Part shown: positions 13,959 to 23,333 of the stretch, piece after piece | Layout: each line of letters opens with the position of its first letter | Numbering within the stretch: the first letter of the stretch is position 1 | Source: Lama glama | Taxonomy: Eukaryota | DNA length: 64,000 bases | Direction of reading: 5' to 3' | Assembly: GCA_028534125.1 (NCBI GenBank) | Contig: CM052816.1 | Location: 100,998,001 to 101,062,000, forward strand | Translations under genes and position numbers: made by a program | Notes under the pieces: generated by a model | The model's database searches: none | The model's input: the letters and a program-made list of their open reading frames with translations, nothing else | Told to the model about the DNA's origin: nothing

Positions 13959-14711
13959 CAGTCAGCTCCGAGCCCAGGTTGGTGCCTGTGTTTCTGTATC
14001 ACTGGAGCCCCCGGGTCAGTGTCAGGCCTAGAAGGAGCCTTCTTGGTTTTTCTTCCTGGACTCTCAGCCTCCAGCTGCAGCCCCATCCTGGATGGGCAGG
14101 CTTCCCCCATGGGCTCCCCTGCAGGCCCCGCAGGCCCCCAGACCAGAGAACACAGCGCTTCTCTTTCTGCCTCTGCCCAGCAGGCACAGGGGTCTGCACG
14201 CTGGGGTCAGTGCTGAGAGTGTAAACTTCCCCCACTGGCCACAATGAGGCTGGACAACAGGCTCTGTTTGCAGGCAGGGCTGGAGGACAAGCTGTTCCCC
14301 CTCAAGCCCTGCATACTCCCCCTTCTGAGAGCCATCCTGATCCTCTGTCCAGCCCAGCCCCATCCCAGCCCCCTGAGCTGCGAGCACACCCACCCTGGCC
14401 CAGGCAGCCACTCTGAGTGGGCTCTCCTGACCTGCATCTCCAGCTCCCTGGGGAAGGAGCCCCAGCCATTGAGAATCCGGGAGACGAAGCCATCCAGAGT
14501 TAAGTCTTACCTTCTGGCCAGGATGTGAGTTCAGACTTGAAGCCAGCCATGCTGTGGGACACGTGAGCCACTACCACATGGGAGCCAAGGCCCAGGGGTG
14601 GGGACTGGCCGCCCAGCTCCCACCAAGAGCGAGAGAGAAGGATCATCCCCACGGGTCAGTTCACCCAGGTCCCCAGCTGGCTGCAGCCGAGCACACGTGA
14701 TGCCTGCTTAC

Positions 14712-14825
14712 CTGGGAGGCAGGGGAGGTGGACCATCCTGGAAGGTGCTGGGCGTGGACCCCAGGCCAAGGTCCTGCCACTGAGCCTCCCGCCTGGGGCG
14801 GTGTGGGGATGGTGGGGAGACGAGG
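14712..14825 (+). repeat. Dispersed direct repeat, copy 1 (partner 19798-19906)
   Basis: Shares the core GGAAGGTGCTGGGCGTGGACCCC.GGCCAAGGTCCTGC and alignable flanks with its partner. Confidence 0.9.
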
Positions 14826-15569
14826 AAGCAGACCTGGGCCCACACTGGCTCTGGGTCCCAACCCCACACCGGCTTTCCCAGCCCCCAGGAGAGAGGGGAC
14901 CCTGCCCAGGACAGGGGCCCTGGGAAAGAAGATGCCCCTCAGCCTCATGTGAGGGGTCAGGGAGACAGGACAGTGCACACAGTCCCCTCACTGCTCCGAC
15001 AGCACTCATCTTCCAGACCGACCCCGGCCAGGCTCCCGGGGCGAGGCCCGCCCCTGCCTCCGGAGGTGTCAGAGTGTGTCCCTGTGCGCAGGTGCAGGGC
15101 GGGGCCCCCGCTCAGCCTGAGTCTCCGAGTCAGCTTCTTCTTGATTGAACTAAAGAGAGAATAAGTGAGCTGCACCCGGTGCCACGAGCCAGAGCTCGAC
15201 GTGGGAACGCGGGGAACGGAGTTCACGTCCGGGGAACACCTGCAGCCGACACAGCGGAAAGAGCCCCTGAGCCACCGGCACCGAGCGGAAGACGGGTGGC
15301 CGCTGGCCTGGCTGTGGGCGCCGCCCCGGGAAGAGCGCAGGGCCCCGTGGGCAGCCAGGGACCCGAGTCAGCCTTGGGTAGCCCGAGAGGCAGGGGATAC
15401 ACATCAAAGCCATGCAGGAGCTTCCGTGCCCTTCCGGAGCGCACGAGGCCAGCCCTACCATGCCCAGCAAGGGCAGGACATGGGAGGCGGCCAAGCTGGG
15501 GTCGTCGGGGTTGTGAGGGGCGAGGGCTGACGGGTGGAGCAGGGGGCTTCAGGGTGGGGACAGAACTCC

Positions 15570-15828
15570 GGATAATCCTGTGGCGGGGACACGTGTTGTT
15601 CAGTGTCCAAGCCATGGAATGCACACCACGGAAAGTGAACCCTGACGTCAACTCTGGACTCCGGTCACTCGTCACGTCCACTCCCAGGCCACCAGTGGTG
15701 ACAGGCATGACCCGCGGGTGCAGGAGGACCGAGCATGAGAGACGGGGCCTGGCTGGACACGGAGGCTCGCCCTGCTTCCTGCTCATTTTTCTGTAAGCCT
15801 GAAACAGCCCTAAAAAATAGTCCATTCA
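15570..15828 (+). mobile_element. L1MC-like LINE-1 3' end
   Basis: GAATGCACACCACGGAAAGTGAACCCTGACGTCAACTCTGGACT ... TTTTTCTGTAAGCCTGAAACAGCCCTAAAAAATAGTCCATT resembles the L1MC 3' UTR. Confidence 0.7.
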
Positions 15829-16249
15829 TTTTTGTTTTTTTTTTTGATTATTATTATTTTTTAATTGAAGTATAGTCAGTTACAATGTGTCAATTTCTGG
15901 TGTACAGCATCATGTCCCAGTCATGCATATATACACATATATTCATATTCTTTTTCATTAAAGGTTATCACATGATATTGAATATAGTTCCCTGTGCTAT
16001 ACAGAAGAGATTTGTTTTTTATCTATTTTTATATATAGTGGTTACTATTTGCAGATCTCAAACTCCCAGATTTGTCCCTTCCCATCCCCTTTCCCCTGGT
16101 AACCGTAAGATTGTTTACTATGTCTGGGGGTCTTGTTTCTGTTTTGTAGATGAGTTCATTAGTTTCCTCTTTTTTCTTTCTTTTTTTGTTTGATTCCACA
16201 TATGAGTGATGTCATATGGCATTTTTCTTTCTCTTTCTGGCTTACTTCA
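15829..16249 (-). mobile_element. Camelid-type LINE-1 3' UTR (older copy)
   Basis: T-rich tail, then AATTGAAGTATAGTCAGTTACAATGTGTC...GATTCCACATATGAGTGATGTCATATGG...CTGGCTTACTTCA. Confidence 0.85.
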
Positions 16250-17109
16250 TTTATTTATTTATTTATTTTACATTTTTTATTGATTCATAATCATTTTACA
16301 GTGTTGTGTCAAATTCCAGTGTTCAGCACAATTTTTCACTCATTCATGGACATATACACACTCATTGTCACATTTTTTTCTCTGTGATTTATCATAACAT
16401 TTTGTGTATATCTCCCTGTGCTATACAGTGTAATCTTGTTTATCTATTCTACAATTTTGAAATCCNNNNNNNNNNNNNNNNNNNNNNNNNNNNNNNNNNN
16501 NNNNNNNNNNNNNNNNNNNNNNNNNNNNNNNNNNNNNNNNNNNNNNNNNNNNNNNNNNNNNNNNNNNNNNNNNNNNNNNNNNNNNNNNNNNNNNNNNNNN
16601 NNNNNNNNNNNNNNNNNNNNNNNNNNNNNNNNNNNNNNNNNNNNNNNNNNNNNNNNNNNNNNNNNNNNNNNNNNNNNNNNNNNNNNNNNNNNNNNNNNNN
16701 NNNNNNNNNNNNNNNNNNNNNNNNNNNNNNNNNNNNNNNNNNNNNNNNNNNNNNNNNNNNNNNNNNNNNNNNNNNNNNNNNNNNNNNNNNNNNNNNNNNN
16801 NNNNNNNNNNNNNNNNNNNNNNNNNNNNNNNNNNNNNNNNNNNNNNNNNNNNNNNNNNNNNNNNNNNNNNNNNNNNNNNNNNNNNNNNNNNNNNNNNNNN
16901 NNNNNNNNNNNNNNNNNNNNNNNNNNNNNNNNNNNNNNNNNNNNNNNNNNNNNNNNNNNNNNNNNGCAGTGTGACCATTTTAACAATATTGATTCTCCCA
17001 ATCCAAGAGCATGGAATATCTTTCCATTTTTTAAAGTCTTCTTTAATTTCCTTCATCAATGGTTTATAGTTTTCTGTGTATAATTCTTTCACCTCCTTGG
17101 TTAGATTTA
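16250..17109 (-). mobile_element. Second LINE-1 3' end plus an ORF2 fragment, spanning a 500-N gap
   Basis: (TTTA)n tail and a different 3' UTR at 16250-16465. 16966-17109 encodes [45 protein letters not shown] (L1 ORF2, just after the RT core). Confidence 0.9.
16466..16965. other. Assembly gap (exactly 500 N)
   Basis: N run inside L1 sequence. Confidence 0.99.
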
Positions 17110-18029
17110 GAAAAACAGAAAGAAACCAGGAAAGGAGAGTCGGCCTGACAGGATCCAGTATCTCGCTCTTCCTGAAGTGAAGCCACCTGAGAGTCATCTT
17201 CACTGTCCTTTAGAACAGTTATTCTGGTAACATCAGGAGGAAACACAGGACTCAGACCACGAGAGCCAGGACATCCTCGGCCTCCCGCTGACGGACGGCA
17301 CCCCCGCAGCCCCTTCCCTGGGGGGCGGACGTCAGGCCCCAGCCCCGGCAGGCCACGAAGAGGTAAGTTCTGGGCTGTTCCCAGGCCTCTGGGCTGGTGG
17401 AGACACCTGGGCCAGGTGCAGGGGAGGGGAGAGGCCAGCAGGCCCTGACAGGCCGCCTGCCACCGCCGCGGGGGACCCGCATTCCTGTCCCCATCGTTGT
17501 GGAGAGCCTTGGGCTGCTCCACATTCCACCACCCTGCTGGCTGGTGGGTGAATATTCCGGCCTCAGTCTCGCTCTCCGGGCTCCTGGAGGGGGCAGGGCT
17601 GGCGCCTGTCCCCTCCAGGTCACTAGAGCCTCTGGAATGCACCAGATGGCTGCTGAGGGCCTCCTCCCGCTCACGGACTACCCCCAGCGCGTGCCTCCTA
17701 GGTCAGGCTCCCTCCGGCCGCTGACGTGTGTCACCTGGCAGCCGCCAGCTCACATCCTGCAGCAGGGCTGGTGGCAGCCGGGAGGGCTTCCAAATGCCAC
17801 AGTGGCAGGGGTCAGACGTGACAGGGAAAGGTGAGGAAAGGTTACTTCGCCAACACTTCCCCAGCCTTCCAGCTGTCACTGCAGGCACGTCGGTGGCGGG
17901 GGGTGACCGAGCAAAGAAATGCAGGTCCAGACAGAAGGAGCCTTCCGGGAGCGTCACGTCAGCTCTGCACGGAGTTCGAAAGTCCAGGGGAGCCGAGGAG
18001 TTGAAGACCAGGCTCACAGACGACGGGGT

Positions 18030-18102
18030 GGTGTGCATGTGTGCGTGTGCACGACACGCTTGTGTACGTGTGTGCATGTGTGCAAGCGTGTGCACACATG
18101 CA
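18030..18102. repeat. Degenerate (TG/CA)n purine-pyrimidine tract
   Basis: GTGTGCATGTGTGCGTGTGCACGACACGCTTGTGTACGTGTGTGCATG... Confidence 0.8.
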
Positions 18103-18362
18103 CCGTGGGAGGCCCCTCTCCAAGGAACCATATGGCAAGTCTCTCTATAAATACTCGAGCTGTCTGGGGCTGGGGCTGGGGCTGGCCGGCCCTGCACACC
18201 ACTTGATAAATTCAGCATGTGAGGGGCCCAGTGTGGCTGCCCAATACCCACAGGCAAGAAAGTGCACACACCCCATGTGGACGCCCAGCACACACCTCTG
18301 CAAAGAGGACCTCCGGTGCCACATGCAGAGGAGACACGCCTCAAACACGCCAATGGGTACCA

Positions 18363-18875
18363 GTCTGTCAATGGCTCAAGGCCTCCCTACCTCCAGGGAC
18401 CCGAGGGGACCACGGTGATGCTGCCCACATCTGACCCCGCTGTCCACTGCCGCTCAGGACGTGTGTGGTCTGCACCTGCGGCCAGTGTGGCCACTTTACT
18501 TTGAGCCTTGTCTGTTTCACTGCTAGAATGGGGCTCCCGGAAAGATCAGGGGAGGGGAAGGGCCTGGCGTCCTGGTGGCCCCTCTGCTACACACTTCCTG
18601 CTGCGGCAGCTCTGACCTGGGTGTGGCTGGAGGTGTCCCCCGGGGCTGATGAGGGCATATCCCCTGTAAGCCCCTCAGCACCGGGCCGCCCTCGAGGTGG
18701 ACCGGCGGCTCAGGAGTCGTCTGGCGGCCAGGCTGCCCTGGAAGCCCAGCTGGGGAAGCAAGGCCTGGGAGCCATGGCCACAGAGCAGCAGTGGGCGAGG
18801 GGGACAGATGTACACAGCATCACCGTGGCCCCCACGTTGCCCAGGAGGTAGGGAGGCCTTGAGACATTGACTGAC
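18363..18875. repeat. Inverted repeat with 76-bp arms (18363-18438 / 18800-18875) and a ~360-bp spacer
   Basis: GTCAATGGCTCAAGGCCTCCCTACCTCC...CCACGGTGATGCTG..ACATCTG matches the reverse complement of the second arm. Confidence 0.9.
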
Positions 18876-19227
18876 CAGCCTAAGAGTAGAAATGGCTCGC
18901 CAGAAGGCCACCGGAACACAGCGCTTATTCAGGAAAAATAAACGGCAAAGACATGCCGTGTCCAGATGCCGTGGGCCAGCAGGTGCACGTCAGATGCTGC
19001 CCCCCAGCCCACGCCTGTGCCCACCCCAAAGCCGTTCGCGGAAAGCACTCACCTCTGTTCCTCTTTGCTCATGGACCTTCCCAGACCTGCTCCTTTGCTC
19101 TCCAGCACCTTCTTCTAGAACAGACTTGACACCTGCCCTCTGAGCCCGCTCCCAGGCCACGAGGGCAGAACACTCAGCTCTGCAGACAGGGCTCGGCCAG
19201 GTCCCGCTGAGATGGGGCAGTCCTGGG

Positions 19228-19725
19228 AGTGCGTGTGCGAGTGAGCACGCGTGAGCACGCATGAGTGTGTGTGCACGCACAGACACTTGGGCTGTGGGGC
19301 CTGAACACAGGGGACTGTTCCCTGTCCTTTCAGTGCCTGGAGCTCCCTCACAGCCAGCGAGGGGGACGTCTCCTCACAGGACAGCACCGCAGCTGCGTGC
19401 CATGTGACCAGACACGTGATCGCACGTGCGCAGTCGTGTGCGGGTAACCGTGCAATGTAACCGTGCGTGTACTTACATACGTGCAATCTGCGCAGACACT
19501 AACATGACCCCCGTGAGGCGACAGTGTGCTGTAATTACACGCGTGATCGTGTGTATGCAGTCATGCTTGTGACATCACACCGGTGGGACCACAGGTGTCA
19601 GCACATACATGTAATTGTGTGCAGATCATCATGCAATGCAATTGCATGTGTGGTCGTGCACATGTAATCACACACATGTGGTTGCACACAGTTGTGGTCG
19701 TGTGGCCTGGTGCATGTAATCACCC
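19228..19725. repeat. Long degenerate TG/CA-rich low-complexity region
   Basis: Recurrent GTGCA/CATGT/GTAATCAC/CACACA words, interrupted at ~19290-19390. Confidence 0.65.
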
Positions 19726-19797
19726 GCTCCACCATTGCCGTGTTCTACAGGTCACGTGCGAGTCTGGATTTCCCCCGCTGAGCAGAGGGGACACCCT

Positions 19798-19906
19798 CTG
19801 GGAGGCGGGCGAGGCGGACCACCCGGGAAGGTGCTGGGCGTGGACCCCCGGCCAAGGTCCTGCTGCTGAGCCTCCTTCCTGGGGTGGGGGCTGGGGGGAG
19901 ACGAGG
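19798..19906 (+). repeat. Dispersed direct repeat, copy 2 (partner 14712-14825)
   Basis: Both copies translate DHPGRCWAWTPGQGPAxEPP in the ORF track. Confidence 0.9.
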
Positions 19907-21369
19907 GCCGGGGGGCTGCCTTAGTGTCCCCCTGCCGCGGGCTCCAGGTCAGCGCAGCACGAGAAGCGGCTCCACGGCCAGGAAACCGATACCCGCCCCG
20001 AGCGGAGGAGGAGCCCCAGACCCCCAAGGCCGCTTCCCGGAAGCCGCTCCTGAGCCCCCGCGGCTGCACGCAGGGCCCCTCCTCAGACTGCCTCTCGGAC
20101 CCCCGCCCCCTGAGCTGGGCAGGCGACCCGAGGCCCAGAGCCCACGGCAGAGCCCTCCAATTGCTGGCCCTCTGCCCCAAAACCCAGACCTCAGCTCAGG
20201 GCATTTAAACAGACCCCCTCTGGGACCGAAAGCCAGAGAAACCGCCCACGGTGTGGCCACAGCCCCGCAACGGGGAACTCGTCACATCAGCTGTAGCACC
20301 AAGTCTCATCACGCGGAAGTGAACAGACGCAGGTTAAATCCATCAACAGTTTATTCAAAGAGCAAAGGTGGCACAGGGCGGGGTCAGGCAGCCGGGGGCA
20401 GGAGCGGGGTGGGGGGCCTTCCTGGCCAAGCCTGTGGCTCTGCCGCTCTGGCTCCCACGTCTGACCTCGAATTATCCAGCTGAGTCATTTCTTATTCTGA
20501 GTCACTGAGAAAAACAAGACTCCTCTGAATCGCGCCATCCAGTCCACAGACCCCGAAGTGGACCCTCCAACCCAGAAGCTCCATGGACCTCGTGACAGCT
20601 CCTCACTCTCCCCATGCAGCATGTCCAACCCCTGGGACCCAGGTCACAGACAGCATCCCACATCGGGCTGGGCCGAGCTGAAAAGGGCCTTACTGGGGGC
20701 ACTGGGGAGCCTGGTGTGGTCACTGCGGGCCAGACTGGCCCCGACTCAGCCCTCCAGGACCAGGGACACCCAGGAAAACATCGGAGGGTCTGAAGGTCCA
20801 TCTTCCTGGACACAACGTATTTCACAATTGGCCTCAGAAGAGAAAGCAGTGCTCTGTGTGAGGGGGTGGCCTTCAGCTGTAATGCGAGCGTAGCCGCTGG
20901 GTCCACCCCGGCCCCTCCTCAGAGCACAGCCACCAGAGTCAGCCCCTCGGACACCGTGGAGGGAGCCCCAGCGTCAGAGGCTGGACCAGTCCAGGCTTAA
21001 CTCTTAACGCAGCTTCTCGGGTGCCGGTTTCCACTGCGACCTCACCCTCAAAGCCGGGATGCCCAGAGCACGTGGCTCTGACTGTCCCGTGCCGCCTTCG
21101 GAGAAGAAAGGCCAAGGGTTCCAGGGTGCTGCACCCCGGGCTCGGCCGCCGTCCAGTTTGCTTTCACTTGTGGGCGCTTCTGGACCTTCCCTCGCCGGCT
21201 TTCGCCGCCGCCTCCCCCCACGCACGTCCTAACAGAAACCACAGGTTTATTTTCAATCTCTCCTGCTCCTCTGACAAAGGGCTCGCGCGGAGGCTTCTGT
21301 GCAGTCGCGGGGGTTGGTGGGCTCCGCGTTCTCGCACACGCGGCAGACACGTTTCTCAGCTCTCTGGAG

Positions 21370-21700
21370 TTCATTTCCTTGAGCAGACTTTACAGAACGT
21401 AATTCATGGGTTTATGTTGGTTAAGAATACATTTCCCCTCGCTTGCCTATCTAGATATCAGGGTTTTTATTATTTTGATAAGTTTTTAAGCTAGAATGGA
21501 ATTTATAATCCAGCAAACCCTGCTTAAAAGATTGTAAATCACACCTCTTCCACCCTGAAAAACTGTTTCACTTCGGCAACACATGTATAAGGTGTGAATA
21601 ATCAAATGTACCTTATAAAATCTCGGCAAGGTGCCTTTATAATGATATAAAAACCAGCCATAATTCCAGCGAGCAGCATTAAGTCACTTTTATTGTTGAG
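21370..21700. promoter_or_regulatory. Candidate conserved enhancer (AT-rich non-repeat island)
   Basis: Two perfect T-box sites (TCACACCT 21539-21546, AGGTGTGA 21590-21597), TGATAA at 21476, and several TTTATAA/TAAT homeodomain-type words. Confidence 0.5.
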
Positions 21701-22923
21701 GGGTTTCAAGGATTCGTTGTGCCACACAAGTGCAGGCTGCTTGCTAAAACAGCGCGTTTCAGGTGCTCCAGGGCTGCCTTGGCTGCTAGACAGCAGACAC
21801 CTCCCCACCCCACGGCGGCCCCTCCGTGCGTCGCTAAGTGTGGACGTCTCCGCCCACTGGGAAGGGCGCTGCTTAGCGCAGTACACTTGTCCTGAAGCTT
21901 CCTCTCAGCTAGTAAACCGACCACAGGGAGCTGGACAGCAGTGACCCCTGGGGAACGCCCGCTCTCCGCTCCTTCTCTGCCCCTCGCAGGACGCCTTCAC
22001 GTGGTGGTTCTGGGATGAGGCGGGGCTGTGTTGCTGTGGGTAAATGGAGATGCTTTTAAAGTCTTTCACATGCAGGAGGCTGTTTATACACAAATGAGTG
22101 CAGAACCTCGGTCCAGTGCCATGCCGGTTTTTTCTAACTGCCTTTCCAGTATTCTTACTGTTTCCTGGAAAACAGAAGAACACGGATTTAAGCCCAAGGA
22201 GGAGCCGTCCCTGAGTGGCCTGCAGTGCGGCTTGCCGTCATCACCTTTATTTTGGACACTGATCCCTCCATGGGCTCCGGCTGGGGCTCCCCACTCCTGT
22301 CCCCCCGCCCGCCCGTTGGGCTCACTCACTCAGGCACCCGTGTGCAGAGGGCAGCGGGGCTGGGGGGCCGCGGTGGCGCTGACAGCGGCTCAGGGCCCCC
22401 TGTGCCCCAGAATGACAACACTTCCCTCTCAGCCTCTCCAGGGGTCAGCAGATAACCCCCGAGAGGCCTTATCTTTGCCCTTCCTGCCCGCTGTCCCCTG
22501 AGAAGGGCCAGAGCACAGAGGGGCCCCAGAGGACAGCAGAGATAGGGGAGCCTCGGGCCACAGCCCCACTGCTGCCCACAGAGCCCCCCCACCCCTGGTC
22601 CACACCGATTCACGCTAAGTCACACGGATTCCTGCATCTCCTGACCCTGCAGAACCAAGCACCAAGGGGTCTCCGGAAAGGACAATCATGGGCCCCAGAG
22701 GACAAGGCGCGGCAGGTGCCTGCCCAAGGCGGGGTCTGGCTTCCCCCGTGAGGGACCCGGACGTCACCCGCCAGCAGGTGAACAGGCAGCTCCTGCCAGT
22801 GACCTGTGTGGTCACAGGGGATCTTGGGGGCCATGGGGGAGGGGCTGCGGGGGAGGGGCACTGTGGGGGGTCTTCTCCCCTCATTACCAGGGAGGCAGCC
22901 GGGACCCTTCTGCTCTTTGACTC

Positions 22924-23333
22924 TGTATTGGTTTCCACAAACCAGGTGGCTTACAACGACAGCAGTGTGATTTCTCCCAGTTCAGGGGGTGGAGCCCAGA
23001 AGCCAGAGACCACGGGGCAGCAGGGCTGCCCCTTGGGAGGCTCTGAGGGGGTCCAACCCAGGCCTCTGTCCCGCGGCTGCGGCATTCCTTGGTGACTGTC
23101 AGCTGTGGACCCCTCCCCCAGGCTCTGCCTCTCTCTTCACGTGGCTTCTCCCCGTGTCTTTGCCCAAATGTCCCTTTTATAAGGACACCAGTCCCACTGG
23201 ATTTAAGGCCCACCCTCGTCCACTACAACCATCCTAACCTGATGACATCTGCCAAGACCCGATTTCCAAACGAGGCCACAGTCACAGGTTCCAGCAGGAC
23301 GTGGCTTTGGGAGCCGCCACTCAGCCCAGCTCA
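22924..23333 (-). mobile_element. MLT1B/C-like MaLR solo LTR
   Basis: TGTATTGGTTTCC...GGTGGCTTACAAC...TCTTCACGTGGCTTCTCC...TTATAAGGACACCAGTC...ACATCTGCCAAGACCCGATTTCCAAA. Confidence 0.8.

Noticed and set aside
16306-17203. Long ORFs spanning X runs (also 3463-4074)
   Set aside because: These are artefacts of translating through N gaps. Only the short L1 ORF2 piece is real.
18128-18152. CArG (SRF) and MEF2 sites
   Set aside because: CCATATGG has only 4 A/T bases, and CTATAAATAC misses the MEF2 TAR ending.
1-20000. IRX4 exons
   Set aside because: No TALE homeodomain or IRO-box translation is visible. IRX4 is inferred only from synteny and must lie outside the window.
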